The notes: generated by a model from the sequence alone, not told the origin. A stretch of DNA of 64,000 nt from Botryllus schlosseri (GCA_051294905.1 CM119371.1:870001-934000), one strand, 5' to 3'; numbered from the stretch's first letter, positions 13,001-27,215 are shown. Numbers and translations: made by a program.

Positions 13001-16000
13001 GAGAACGCTGCGAGACATATGAGTAGGCCTACCCTAAAACGTTTCTCTCACATGGACATTAGGGCTCTTAAAATATGACTTTTTTCTCAAATCGTTCTGG
13101 CTACTTGATAATATTGTTAGGTTACCTAATTTAAGCCTAAACACAAAATTTGGTTCAATTCCAGCCAGTAACCGCTTTGCTACAGGAGAAGAAAGTTTCT
13201 ATTTATTATATAAAAATAAATAGGTAATAAAAATTTGAAAATTTTCTGTTCACCCCATGAAAGTGTTAGGCTGTCTATAGAAACGATGCTCACCAAATTT
13301 GGTTCAATTCCAACCAGTGGAAGCGGAGATATTGCCGTCGAAAAATTTGGATTTGAATAAAATAGTATTTACGGTGACCGATTCTTTGTTTACTTATTAA
13401 AGTTGTGCTCACCGTAAGTACTATTTTATTCAAATCCAAATTTTTCGACAGCAATAACTCCGCTTCCACTGGTTGGAATTGAACCAAATTTGGTGAGCAT
13501 CGTTTCTATAGACAGCCTAACACTTTCATGGGGTTAACAGAAAATCTTCAAATTTTTTATTATTCATTTTTATATAATAAATAGGAACTTTCTTCTCTTG
13601 TAGCAAAGCGGATACTGGCTGGATTTGAACCATATTTTGTTTGTAGGCTTAAATTAGGTAACCTAACAATTTTATCAAGTAGCCAGTACGATTTGAGAAA
13701 AAAAGTCATTTTTGAAGAGCCCTACTGTTCATGACCGTCCACGTTTAGAGTTGCATCTCAAAGATGCTAAAATAAGCCTAAATATAATCCAAGCAATACG
13801 ATCGTCCACTTTGACTGACTGAATTTCTAAAAACACCTTGATAGCTTCCACATCTTACGTTTATATATACTGTCTGCTATCGGCACAACAAAGTAGGCCT
13901 ATTTAAAAATACCAAAACAGATTCAACATACCACATCTCTTGCAAAGGCTTTTGCTTTCATTCAATTTTCCATCAAACTTCTTTAAATCCTCCTTTGTGG
14001 AGAGTTGCTTTGGAATTCTTCTAGGATCAATTCCGATATTGTATTATCATATACAATCTATGGCGGAATAAAAGTTTCGGATAAGTTCTAAAACGAACAT
14101 AATTTTCCACACAAAAGTCAATTGCCACACGAAATGCCAAATGCTACGGTCTCATTTTACAAGGTATGGCGAGGAAACGTAGTGGTACGTTCCATTATAG
14201 CTAAACACCAATGAATTGCGGGTTCGAGCGTGACACGTCGACTCCATAATTCCTACCGAAGTGTTGGCCGTTTATCTAGGCTCCTCCTCGCCATCTGATC
14301 CGCATAGCCATGTCTTAAAAAGCCTAGGAGTGGGCCGTGCTATAAGTGGGCAGATAGTTGCCGATGAACTCGGCACTTGGTGAATTCGGCTATTAATATG
14401 AATTATTAAACTAATAATAGTATTATCAAGTGATTCGTCAATCTTGTAAGGGTGTCAGGGCGTGATTAGATCACGGATTGCGTAGCCGCAGGAAATGACG
14501 CAGCGCTCATATACCGACCTCGCGCGGTCTGCTTGGAATCGATGGCGCGAGTGACGGGCCTGTGTCGTGCAAGTTTTGAGAAGATGGATCTTGTCGTTGT
14601 ATGTGAGATCGAAGCTGTGGCACATCAAGCGGCGCTTCTTCGTTTATCGATCACGACAAGCCAGTGTTCCTCATCAACAAATGTTTCGCATGATCACGTC
14701 AAAATAAATTATTTTTTGCCTTTGGAGAGACGATTCCACTCTGGGATTAGGGTGTCTCGATAACACGGTTGAAGGATCCCAAGATTACGAGATCTACCAC
14801 GAGCCACGACACGTTTAAATTTCCTTTTTGATACTGTTCATTCATACTAAATGCATTTCTAATGCGAAGGTGTTCTAGTGCCAATTCCTCCAAGGGCCGA
14901 GTTCACCAAGTGAAGAGCGTCGCGTTATTTCCCGCAATTACGCAATCTGTGATCTAATCACGCCGTGACTGTGTGATCTACGCATGCCCTGACCGCCGTA
15001 CAACATTGACAACCACTCAAAGTGCCAAGTTCACCGGCAAACATTCCAGTAACCAAGCATGGTGACCGGTACCGCTACGAGATCTACCACGGCCGAATTC
15101 ACCAAGTGCCGAGTTTGTGCGGCCGAATTCACTAAGTGCCGAGTTCACTGGTAATCGGGCTGATACGGAATAATAATAATAAGAACCGGCCTGGTGTAAA
15201 ATGACCAGTGTAGTCGAACCACCACCATGAACACCACAAGCAAACAAATAAACATCTAACAAGGAAAAGAAATTACCTTTGCAGCCTTTGACAAACACAG
15301 TTACCATTGAAACCAGCAATTAAGGTCTTATTCGAAAGCAGAATAACAACTGTTTTAGTGGACATATCAAATCAAATGTTGGAAAGTTCATGTAAAATAG
15401 CCCAAAATATTATCTTACTGTGACCATATTCCATCAATATGGTCTGGCTAGCCAAATTCTCTGGGCCAACATAATCAAGCTGCGTTTGGTTTCAACGATT
15501 AATAATCTTGTCACTGGATTCGAGGTATAATTGCACTCAAATATCAAATTTTGCTCCATTAATCAACATCAAGTTGAAAATGTCCATTCTTGCACCAACT
15601 TTTATAAAATCATGAATCAGTGTTCTACAGGAATGTATCTATATGACTTATATACCTAGAAAATTCAAGCATAAATATTATGATATACCGTAGGTATAGG
15701 TACCGGTAATTCAGATCTTTGAAGCGAATTATAGTGGTCTAATTTCACTAAATTAGAGCGAAATGCCAGCAATATAATTGTAATCTAATTCGGAAAAACG
15801 GTTTAGCTCTAATTCTAACCTGGAAAAGCTGAAACTTTTCTATAGTTGTCTACACCTGTTTTGCAGAAAGTCAAACAGCTCTAGGCGTCATATACTACAG
15901 GCAATTCGAAATACCCCATAAGCTATATGCTACTGCATATATACCTTTAACCCGCTACCTCAGTCAGTCACAATTCCTATATATTTACGGCATTTACAAT

Positions 16001-17730
16001 ACAGAAAGAGCGAACTATGCCTGGCTGCGACCTGTTGCGCTTCAAATCTTTGTATGGCGCGATGACGTAAAATTTGAATCGCCGAAATATTCTAGAAGTC
16101 ACGCATCGATAATCATATTCCTAAACGTGGTACAACATATCACTTATTTAGTTATTCTCTGAATAAAACTATTAACCATACTCGTTGAACATGCGAGATT
16201 ACCGAAAGAGCGAATATATATATAATGAAGATCATATATATCAGAGGAAAACAAAACTATTCGACCTTAGAGCAACAACACGAATATACAACACCGGTGA
16301 CATCCTCACGCAATAAAACGAAGGGAGAACATTGTTTTCTAATGGATAGAACGAAGCTACCGCATGAGATCGAACAAAACCGGATAGAATTCATCGTGAT
16401 TGAATGTACCGACAAAGTTATCCTTTCTACGTATTTTAGTCGTACCCGCGAGAGATAGAAAATTTGCATTATTAGGTTAACTACAGGATATAACGAAGCC
16501 TAATGCATGAGATGGAACAACACCGAGTATGAATTTATTCTGATTGAATATAACCACAAGACCATCCTACTACGTATTTTAGACATTCCCTCGACACTTA
16601 GAAAATCAGAACCTAATCGAGATGATCCCGGATGATCCTTTTACGGTTTTGTGTTTGCTGGGGACCCACGACCTACCGATTGAGAAGCCAGACCCACAAC
16701 CATTACACTATCTCGCTCGATATGAGTCAATAAGATGCCAGAGGTGTTGTTACTCAAGTACAGGGCTGGCCAACCTTTTCGGCCAAAGGGCCACATTCGA
16801 TTGACGAACTTTTGCGCGGGCCACTATCCGCGCCAAGCGCGAACATTTTTTGAAGTTCATAGGTCAATGATATTGTCTCTTAACTATATTGCGGGCCTGG
16901 TGTATATCGCTGGGCTAAGTTTGCGAGGACTGGGCTATTCGGCGCATGGACATATCGATATCGAAAGCTGTGACCAACATGCGTCAATCATTTCGTGCCT
17001 AGGTTTCACGGTGGACGGTCTTACTGCGAGCGCAAACGCAAGGTCGCATATGTTGAACGACACTTTGTCTCGTAATCGCGAATATAGTTAGACTCAATCT
17101 GATACATTAGGTGTTCTTCCATTTTCACAAAAGGGCAACAATATTAAAAACAAGAAATCGAGTGACAACATATTGCGGTAAGCTTGTAGAAAACTTTTAC
17201 CTTTGATAAATCTATCGCAAATTATTCTGCTTTATTGTAGTGTACGAAGATGCACCAATATGTGAATGGCTGATGGATCTGTCAATGCGTCGGAACTGAT
17301 ATTTTAGTCGTCATGTCTCAAGTATTGCGGCCAGACTAATCAAATTTTTGGTTGGCCTTGCAAGCTCAAAATCTGTGCAATCCATTTTTGATGATATTAG
17401 AAATTTCAGGAATTTCCTCGCGGGCCACTCAAAACCTCGCGGGCCACGGGTTGGCCGGCCCTGCTCAAGTACGAGAAATGCTGTAAATTTCCACTGAATT
17501 TCAAGTATAGGTAATCTTTCACAAAACTTTCTGGTAATTTAGCTGTTACCAACCTCAATGTCGTACACTTTCTGCTCGTAGCTGGACTGAATACGGCCCA
17601 CCGCTCTACCGTCACCACCATACTTCGCTGATACTAAATGATCGCTGTCTAAAGCATTTTGACCTCTTCTAACCAGATTCGGGTCAGTTTTAGAGAAATC
17701 ACACATCGTGAAAGTAGTTACCAAATCCAT
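10083..17730 (-). CDS. SWIM zinc finger + YqaJ-like (lambda-exonuclease-type PD-(D/E)XK) nuclease, the second gene of ISL2EU; exons ~17730-17554, 10897-~10521, ~10495-10083; probably internally deleted
   Basis: Exon 1 MDLVTT...GQNALDSDHLV...GRIQSSYEQKVYDIE joins in phase 0 (GAG|gttggt...tctcag|ATC) to IHITDQKICRAHCGCPNGQFQCHHMAAVLLW (SWIM CxC-x-CxH). The last exon has YqaJ motifs CGLFI..GMLGASPDG, LIEVKCP, YYDQVQG and CHFVVW. Confidence 0.88.
13057..13727. mobile_element. Palindromic MITE nested in the YqaJ-gene intron
   Basis: CATTAGGGCTCTT...AAGAGCCCTACTG; arms are reverse complements over ~300 bp. Same terminal motif as 874-1496. Confidence 0.85.
14357..15156. mobile_element. MITE with ~35-bp inverted ends and internal inverted repeats
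   Basis: TGAACTCGGCACTTGGTGAATTCGGC at left versus repeated GCCGAATTCAC(C/T)AAGTGCCGAGTTCA at right. Internal IR GCGTGATTAGATCAC (~14460) / GTGATCTAATCACGC (~14950). Ends approximate. Confidence 0.6.
16640..16715 (-). mobile_element. Possible tRNA-derived SINE head (degenerate)
   Basis: Minus strand GATAGTGTAATGGTTGTGGGTCTGGCTTCTCAATCGGTAGGTCGTGGGTCC has an A-box-like start and tRNA-like spacing; the B-box is degenerate. Confidence 0.3.
16761..17463. mobile_element. Non-autonomous hAT element nested in the YqaJ-gene intron
   Basis: TIR CAGGGCTGGCCAACC...GGTTGGCCGGCCCTG; perfect 8-bp TSD CTCAAGTA. A left-end copy starts at 50714. Confidence 0.9.
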
Positions 17731-19585
17731 CTGAAAGGAAATACATTGTATCACTTACACGGTAATGTCAGTGTCAGTGTTACTGTTGCTAAATGTCTAT
17801 TCCTAACGAACTACCGTCTCTCTATACGTTACCCATGCTATGCGGAAGGTTTATTGGCAATTTTATCAGTTCAGTCTAATCCTAACGAACTACCGTCTCT
17901 ATATACGTTACCCTCCATTTGTAAGTAAATAAATCCTTCTTGCAGCTTGCACTTTCGTTACACGAACACCAGATTTGATGAGAAACTCCGAGCAGTGGCA
18001 CAAATTGCGAATTGGAAACGCGTTCAGAGAATACCAAACCAAGCGCTTGGCCCCAAACGGCAGTTGTTATGAAAAAATGTCACGTGACTTTCGAGCCCAA
18101 TAGAAAATAGAATCGCGGCAGACATGGCTCAGGTGGAGTGCAAATAACTTATTTTTTAGATCGAAAAAGGGGGTTCTCGAATCCCGACAAATGACCTGAA
18201 ATTTCAATAAAATTTGACTTCAGATGATTGCCCCCATTTTACAGCCGGTATTTTCCCAATTTTTGCGCGCGAGGGGATAATATTGCCCATCTGCCATCTC
18301 AAGAATTACTGGTCGTACAGTCATGATATTTAGCTCAAAAGCTGTCAAAACATCATGTGTCTATCAGTCTTACGAAGAAAGTTTTCTCTATTGTCCAGTG
18401 GACAGCAATTTTTTCTAAATAACTTACGTGTCAAGTATATTTGTTGATGGTGCATAACCAAAACATACAGGTATCGACACTAAGTTTGAATGCAGATAAG
18501 ACCGAGATGCTCGTTTTAAATAATGCCAGTCATAATTTCACTGTGAACATCAATCATAAACAAATCTCAATATGTGACTCAGCAAAATATCTCGGCGTCT
18601 CCATTGATTCCAAATTGTCTTGGAAGCAGCATATTGAATGCACAATATCAAAACTAGCTCGGTGTGGGGGAATAATGACCCGTCTCCAATCTTTGGTTTC
18701 CAGATCAGTACTACGAACAATCTACTTCTCTCTTTTCCACTCGCATCTGCAATATGGAATCGTAGTATGGGGAAATGCATGTACAACATTTTTGTGCAGA
18801 ATTTGAACCCTGCAAAACCGTGCGATACGGCTGATCTCATCTGTACCTTTACGTACCAATTTATCGCCTTACTACCGTAAGCATCGAATTTTGCGAGTTG
18901 GTGAACTGTATCGCTTCGAAGTATCAAAAGTTGTTCACAAATATTTTTCCAATAGTCTCCCTCCTGTGTTTGATGACTTTTTCATACCTGCTAAACATGT
19001 CCATTCCCATTACACGAGATCTTCGTCTAAAGGAAACGTCTACTTACCCCAACCCAATAGCAACCTAACTAAGGCTGCGTTCATCGTTCGGTTTCGCCAC
19101 GAGTCATGGTGAAAACCCGGTACCAAAACCAGCAATGTGAACGCAAGCGAACTTCGCAACGTGACGGTGAACGCATTGGTTTCGACATCGACGTCACAAT
19201 TGACGGCTTAATGAACGCACTGGTTTTGAGGAGAAAATTTTGACGCCGTTTGGTGTGACGCTTCCCCGTTCATATCAAAGTATTGGAAGGATGAACTCTA
19301 TGAATGCAGGAAAGTACCAATATGGTATAGCGCAGTTGTGCGAACCTGATGAGTGCTCTGCTCACGTCTGTTTGTTGATCAATAGGCCTGTATGGATGTT
19401 AGCGTAAGGAACCTCTTCTCGATTGCTTCGAAGCAATGAATCATAACGTAATGTACTTGCAGTATTTATGATTGATCAAAGCTTATAGCAACCGCAGTAG
19501 CCCCTCTGAGGAATATTTCAACAAGGTAGATACAAGCCTGATATGTTGTTGTTTCATTAGGCTATAAGCTTAAGTCTATTTTCAG

Positions 19586-19747
19586 AAGTTATGTTTTGCA
19601 AGACGAGTAGTGGAGCAGACATTCGGTCGGCTGAAGCACCGTCGGCGATGTTTGTTGAAGAGGTGTGGTGCTTTGCCCGAGAATGCGCTGTTGCAGATAG
19701 CATCATGCATCACATTGCACAACTTTTGTGAAGAGAACATGGACTAA
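19586..19747 (+). pseudogene. Harbinger DDE transposase C-terminal exon remnant
   Basis: After a ttttcag acceptor: KLCFARRVVEQTFGRLKHRRRCLLKRC...IASCITLHNFCEE, matching the VE.AFG.LK.RWRCL...LHN motif. Followed by a ~100-bp tandem duplication. Confidence 0.8.
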
Positions 19748-21759
19748 GCAGAGTTGCCAGAGTTACAGAAGTATGGATGTAGTGGATGACGAAATCGAAG
19801 CTACCAGCATCATGCATCACATTGCACAACTTTTGTGAAGAGAACATGGACTAAGCAGAGTTGCAGAAGTATGGATGTAGTGGATGACGAAATCGAAGCT
19901 ACCAACACTGAAAGTGATCTGGAGTCTGGTATTTGAGAACGCGACATGCTTAAATATGGTTTGTGTTGATTTGACACGACAGTCATTCAGCTTTCTGCTA
20001 AGAGCAGTTTATCCTAATAAATAAACGATGAAACGTTCTTTTTTCGTCACTGGCTAAATAGGACTTTACCATATCAGACATAAGCAAGAGCGGAGAATGC
20101 AATAGGGCTAGTCAAGTAGCCTTAATGATAAGCAGATGACACTGGTTCTGGTAGTCAACTAACCGAGGTCTTCAGTTGGCCACACTTATTAGCATTAGCT
20201 CATTGACAGATTCACTATACAGTTAATGTAGGTGAGGCCAGTAACGTTACATGCCAATTTGAGCCTAAATGAACGCTGCATTTGACATGCTTAATTTTCT
20301 GTTGCTTGTCACAAACTCCAAGGACGCTGTTGATGAAATTTGCCAGTGCCAGAAAAGCAGAGCTGCTCGCGTACCCCTGAAAACTCTGACGCAACCCGAT
20401 TTGAGAGCCCATGCCTCATAGACATCAGAGATTGAATATTTATTCACTTATGACCAGTACATGTACGGCTGTAACTGGAGCCTCTTCTTCATTTTCTTGT
20501 ATGCTGCTGCAACAAATAATTATAGATTTATTAGTTCCACAGCAAACAATATATTTATCTTTTCTGGGACCTGGCATTGCAATTACTGGAAATATTGGCA
20601 ACACTTTGTGACTGCTAGCATTGAGGTGAAACTTCCTACGACTTTAATTGCTTGTCACTATCTTATACATACAAATAGTTTACCAGCTGCATAGGGTACC
20701 GGAGGAAATTAGTGTTTACAGTCACTAACAACTTACATTGAATAGCCTTCAGCTCGAGTTTCAATGCCAAGGAAGCTTCGTGACAGCTCGAGTTTTAATG
20801 CCAAGGAAGCTTCGTGACATCTCAACATCGTGTTCCTCTCTTTCTCATTTTCTTCCGCCTGAAAATTTTCAAAGTTTGTTACATACTCATCATGGGAATA
20901 GGAAGTATCATGATTAACAGATGGCAACTCATGAAAAGCCTTTTGATGAATGACTCACCTGAAACTGCATCCACTGTTTAAACCGCTTGTCTTGTCTGTC
21001 TTCAGCTTTCTCGATTACAGACTGTATTGATTCACCTGCACAAGAAGACACTGAACATTCACAAGACTGATGGCAAGATAGTTAGCTGATTACATAATTA
21101 AAACACAAGCTTCATATACATCCATGACAGCATATAACTATGCCCCGGGTTGGAATCCCGGTACGTTCAGCGTAATATATTTGGTGTGTCAAGACGCATC
21201 TCAGCGTCACACCTGTGTGCAATCAGTAGAATCTTTGGTGTGCACGAGACACCGATTCCATATTGGACTATGCCGCTGCCTATAGATAAGGGTGTCACTA
21301 TGTATCAAGAAGAGGGTCTATATTTACTTGAAGCATCAATATTTCTTTCTTCTTATCTTCACTTCACTGCTGCTCGAACTAGTACTTGCATAAGAATCTG
21401 AAACAACATATCAAGTTTGAAATGAAATTAATATAAAATAATTTGACTGGTTGCTGGTTTGTCTCTATCTCAACCTCAAGCCTTCTACAAGGAAAATAAC
21501 ATATACTGTATGTGTTATATACACTTTACCACATCTTTGTCACACTTGTAAAAATGAGAGCGGTGTTGTATTTAGAGCAAACTCATTGCACTTCTGCCAT
21601 CCCAATAATATATCTGATCCATCTATATTAAACTGCATCACTCGAAAAAACCTTACCATCGAGATTATTCGAGGTTATCAGCGATGGTATACCGCAGTCA
21701 GTGGGTCTTTCCCAATGGTTTCTTCTAAATCTTCATACACATCAGTAATAGAGGCAGGA

Positions 21760-22005
21760 GGATAAAGGTCCCCTGATTCACCGCTGCTGGTAACTTTGTC
21801 TTTATGCTTTCTGAATTCCCGCTTTTAGGGCCTGTAACTTTTTCAAGCAGCAATCTGGAGATCTCTCCATTCCCATCTTGTTTAAACTATTCGAAATTAT
21901 GGTGAATATTTATTTATTCGGTTTTCCGACGAGGGCCATGGCCTGAATTCTCTCCGTCTTCCACTCCTGCACCAGTTTAACAACTTCCTGCGGTCTCCAC
22001 ATATG
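21760..22005 (-). pseudogene. Myb/SANT-like DNA-binding protein remnant (Harbinger accessory gene)
   Basis: WRPQEVVKLVQEWKTERIQAM...IFTIISNSLNKMGMERSPDCCLKKLQALK.EFRKHKDK, read across frameshifts. Confidence 0.75.
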
Positions 22006-24079
22006 CCACGGCTACGCATTACATTACCCTCCATCTACTCTGCAAAGATACTGGATAGTCAACGCACGCTCAAACCAGGTTGGAGAGCAGGTTTGACGAA
22101 TTTCGCGCCAACACCAAAACGCCGTTCACCGCAGATGTAACGTCGCGTTAATTAGCGCGATAACGAGCCCGCAAAACGGCTAGTCTTCGCAACCACGCTC
22201 AAGTATGAACGCTCATGTTTTGAGGTCAAGATATCAAAACCACTCGAGTGTGAACACCAAAATTTCGTACTGGTTCGAGAACTTCATGCTATGTGAACGG
22301 GTTGGTTTTGACGACTGGTTTCACTATAGGTATCAAAACAAACGATGAACGCAGCCTAAGAGATCTATCGACTACTCGGGACCTATCATCTGGAATGCAT
22401 TACCATCACATACCCGTGAATTGCCTTATAATAGATTCAAAAAAGCCCTACTTGATCACCTCTTGTCGTTACACTAACACTGTTGCCCTACCCCGCCCAG
22501 ACATTGCTTCATTGATCATTTGCTACCATTGTGTAATTTTTTTTTCTATTTTCCTTTCCTAACTAAACATTTTTTTACAGCCAGACTGTTCTGAGTCAAG
22601 TGTACCTGTTTGATGCTGGTGTGATCAGACTAGATGACCTTCACGGTCTTATCGATCATTCCTATCTAATACCGAATACTGTGCACGCATATTTTCTGTA
22701 CCACCATCACTGCCGTTTGTTATGTATTTTGGTTCGATGAAAAATAAAGACTCTCTCTCTCTCTCTCTCTTATGGTGTTGCTTTGACAATCGTCCACTAT
22801 GAAAGGTTAATACCACCGTGTAACAAGGAAGAGACGAATTTGCTTAGCAATCTTCTCGGTTAGCGTGAAGTGCAGTATCGAGCGCATTTATAATAAGAAT
22901 CTGTCCTGAGTTGTGAGGTAAGCTATATTAGGATTACATTTGTAAATTTCGATACCTTTCAGTGATAACACTGGCTTACTGGCAGACTTCTGATAACCCA
23001 CCTTATAAATCACAACAATGTAATCACATGTTTGTGCAATGCAGAGTCACGTTGAAACTATCAACTCTATTTTGACTCTTGTGTTTCTTGTGAAAGAAAT
23101 ACGACTTCGCCGTTTTCTATCTTCCATTGTACTGTCAAATTTCATCGAAATGTCCGGTAGAATCTCGTCAAACTTTATTCGAAAAGTCTATAATAGCTTT
23201 CACGTATTACTGGTCTTCCAGGATATCTAGGCAAATCATTAACAGTTATGTGCAAATCGCGCAGCAATATTAGGCCTACGTATGATAAGTCACAGTAGAT
23301 GAACTGCCTATATAGCCACATATGATCAACTGCAACTACCATATGACCAGGACGGAATACAAGAAAACGCATTGCTCTATCTATCAAGTATGCCTGAACA
23401 TCTCGCCGGCTATCCGACAGTCGTCAAGCATGTCCGTATTCAAGTCGAAATACAATCGATTTCATCTGAATGAAAACTAGCCAGCCTCCAGGATCACCGG
23501 ACCACGACCTAACGTAGCGATTTTACCTTCTGCCACATGCCACCTCATTTTGTCGCTTTCCTTTTATATTCTCAGCTTTCCTTTTCATTCGGTGTGCATG
23601 TTCTTCTGTACTTTGCCTAGGCCAAAGTGGGGGTCTGATTTCAAAGACTATTCAAAGTCGTTCAGGCACCTTCCTATTTTTTTCGTTGTATTGCAGTTTT
23701 GTGGCGTTTTGAAATTGTGAAAATATTATTAAAACCGATACTGACAATGATATCACCTCCGTTATATATTCCAAACGCATGATGATTGCAGGGCAATGAA
23801 ATGATACATCACCTAAGGAATTGATGCCAGTAAGACAAAGCTGCTTGACAACTCCAAAAAATTAAAAGCAGCCTACTTCATTACTCACGATACCATGACA
23901 AAAATCGCTTAATATATTACACATAGCTGCAATTTTCGAAAGTATTTTCAGCTAGTGTCGTATATATTTCACCTAGTTGTTATGACAAAAAAGTGATTCG
24001 AATACATCCTCAACCCACTTCCTATTGAATAGGCATAGGCAGTTTTTGTTCTTTTCGTGGTTTTTCGTAAGGTATACAC

Positions 24080-24913
24080 CAGGGGTGTCAAACATCCGGC
24101 CCGCCAGACCATTTCGTCCGGCCCGCGAAGCAATTCTGAGTAGATCGAAAAATCCTTATATTTTCCAGCACCATTGCAACAAATGTTGAGCTATTTTGCA
24201 CGACAAACTTCCATGTTCATAATCCCCACTATAACCACCTGACTGCGGCGCTTAAGTTATTCAGTCTAGTTACCGCTATAGTAACAAGTCTGTAAAATCG
24301 ACAACCAATTTCAAGAATGCAAAAAGTGCACACCAAGTTCGGAGTTTTATACGAATATGGACAAATAAAAGTAGTTATTCACAGAAGCGAAAGCGCCACT
24401 GCGGGACCGCTATATACAGTTTACAGGGAAAATATATTAGTTTCCCAAATATCTAATTGAAGGATCTATGGTCACACTGCTGTGTCAATGTCGACTCCAT
24501 AGATCTCCAGACATGAGAGGAGCTGGATTCGCGGTTTAATAATAATAGACCAAGCTCCAACGCCACCGTTTCCAATTAAACATCTTGTATTCCTCGCAAC
24601 CCGTATGCAGGGCTAACACCAAAATACGACTAAATCAAAGAGAGCATAGAATGTGGCAACTTATATCGTCGGTAACGCCACTGTTTTAGCAGTTCTAAAC
24701 TTTATTCAACCAGACAATCATCGTATTTTTGGTTTTTGCGACTTGCTACTTTAAAAACCCTATGACCGCGTATTTTCTATATATATTTTTATGGTATCCA
24801 AGCGAAAAGAAAGAGCACTAGGTAACATTTTGGAATCAGTTGACTGGTCCGGCCCGCGAGCAATTTGAAGACTTGAATCCGGCCCGCGGCGCAATTTGAG
24901 TTTGACACCCCTG
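24080..24913. mobile_element. Non-autonomous hAT (Charlie-like) element
   Basis: TIR CAGGGGTGTCAAAC...GTTTGACACCCCTG; TSD GTATACAC/TTATACAC (7 of 8 match); GGCCCGC subterminal motifs. Confidence 0.88.
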
Positions 24914-27077
24914 TTATACACTAACTGAAGTAGGTTAGCAATGCCACGATACAGTTTCACACGATCTGTGCATGTGCAATTTTAACTGATTCATTTCGCT
25001 GAAATCGATGACAATTTGAGTAGGGCTGCACCATTCTGGCATTTTCCAGTTTTCTTGCCAGGCAGTTCCAGCAGGCCGGTCAACATCATTTCCGTGCAGA
25101 ACAGTGAAATTCCACGATTCTTCAAGGGCTATCTTGGCTTTTTTGGATGTCGTTTCGGCAAGTTGTTATTCTCTTTGGAACATTTCATCACACTGCATTA
25201 CATTCACATCGTTTTCGGTCTGCAAATAAACGAGGGGTCAACACTATATAGTTATAGGGTCTGTTGCAGTTTGAAATAAATATCGGTATTTGCCGTCGGA
25301 GGTATCACAAATCACAGTAGTAGGATTCAGAGAATTATAATATACAAAGGCTATACTGAGAATATCGATCGATTTTCTATAGCTTACAGGTCAAAGTGGT
25401 CACGTGGTCATTGTGGGTGCTCAAGTAGAAGTAACGACATACAATCTCGAGTACAAGCATACCGTAATTTTCCAGGTATGATACGCCTCAATTCTGGGAA
25501 AGAGCCTACACCAAGTTTAGCGAAGTACTCCTCATAGAGAAATTTCCAAAAATCAAGGTCATCACAGAATGTAATGACGACAACAGCATGCAATTTGAAA
25601 CCAAGTATCCGAACATTAATTAAATGAGAAATTTCCTACTGCCCCTATGATATCACTACAAAACTAACAAGAAAAATAAGCACATTTGAGTTGGATACCT
25701 TGTGATACGCAGATAAACAGTGACCTTGGATATGTAAAAACCATCCTCACAATAAATAATACCACCAAGGATTTGTCCTCCTTTTTCAGGTTTTTGTAAA
25801 TGTCCTCCTTTTTGAGGTTTTGTCTTAAGACACAGTAACTCAGCACTGAAATAACGCTCCACTGGCTATTTCGGAGCTTAGCTAAAAAGTCGACCTTTTT
25901 TTTTGTCAGCCATATGGGAAAAATTCCAAATTTGAAAATTTTGAAAAGTGTCCTCACTCGATTCCAAAATATGGTAACCCTAGCGTAACAGAAACTTGCA
26001 AATGGAGTCTGTGATGATGGTATGCATTACTATCTTTGTGCCTCGTGCTAATCGAACCGTTATTACGAAAGTATAATTATTTCTCAAAGAAATAAAGCAG
26101 CCAGTCATTTTTACGTCATTTCTTCCATATGTCGTAAGCTTAGACGAGTTGATGTGCTGTAGCCTATACACCCACTTTTGTACCACACTTTTGAGTAGGT
26201 AATAAATACAGCACGCAAACAATAATTTACTACGTCTTGTGTGAGACAAAAGTATTGTAAAAGATACGATTAGTGGTGCGGCATAGGTGAAACACGTTTT
26301 TGTGTTGCAACAACAAAGGTTATGGAGCCAGTGCACTCGAATTTCCTATAAGGTTCATTTGAATTATTTTACGCCAGAAAAAGTAACAATTAGTCACTAT
26401 TCTCATGCGCACCACGGCTCTCACCCGCACAGTAAATGTTTTCATCCGCACAAATGTGTACCATCCCACAGGTTGAAAGGCACTACACAAGTTCATTCAA
26501 TAGAGAAATACATGAAATTATGAATCGATTTATGAATTCGGAATGTATTTATCTGCTTCATGTCATGAAAGAGTTGATGACCGACCTACTTTGATCTTGG
26601 CAAATATCACAGTTCACAGTAATGCAATTGGTTTGGTGGACAAAATTATTTAAAAATCGCCTACCCTTCAACTACTTAAAAAATATATATATATATATGT
26701 GATTGTGTAACAGACGAAGACTTGCAAACAAAATTCGTTACATATTGACTGTCCCTTTTCGGAGACATCTGAGAGTATAATAGAGTCTAACCCACACCAA
26801 AGTTGCAGCCTTTTGAAAAGAAATCCAAGAATCGAAATCATTATTGCTTTTAACGGGACTTCGGCTCGCGTAGAATTCAATAGCAACACATACAACGAGC
26901 ATAATATCAAAAAGGCACTAGCAACTGTCTAATTAAAATGAACCTCTGATATTTGCTTTCAAGTTGCACTCTTGCCGTTAAATACATTTTATGTTAATTT
27001 TGATTTTTGATGAATAGTCCAGAGTAGGTCAGAACCACAACACTGCAAAGCTTGTGCTTGATATTGACCATCTTGTA

Positions 27078-27215
27078 CCAGGTCGAATGTGACCTAACCT
27101 GCCGCGATACAAATTCCTCTTGTCCTACTTTTCAATATTTTGCTTCTGTTGATTGAGAATCCTGTTCATATCAGTACTGATTGTCGTACTCGAATCTCAT
27201 TCCCGTTCAGGATCT
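27078..27215 (-). pseudogene. Decayed RBM28/NOP4-like exon, copy B
   Basis: LNGNEIRV...QQKQNIEK*DKRNLYRGRLGHIRPGT across a frameshift. Confidence 0.6.

Larger units (their letters stand above)
19073..22356. mobile_element. Decayed PIF/Harbinger transposon
   Basis: Perfect 16-bp TIR GGCTGCGTTCATCGTT / AACGATGAACGCAGCC with TAA TSD; contains convergent transposase and Myb/SANT remnants. Confidence 0.92.
18480..22770 (+). mobile_element. 5'-truncated CR1/L2-group LINE (RT C-terminal region, 3' UTR, (CT)n tail), interrupted by a Harbinger element
   Basis: LSLNADKTEML...AKYLGVSIDSKLSWKQHI...IYFSLFHSHLQYGIVVWG...HSHYTRSS. After removing 19073-22356 and one TAA the frame continues NLTKRSIDYSGPIIWNALP...LLSLH* (stop 22475-22477). 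Ends AATAAAGA(CT)n at ~22742-22770. Confidence 0.88.
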
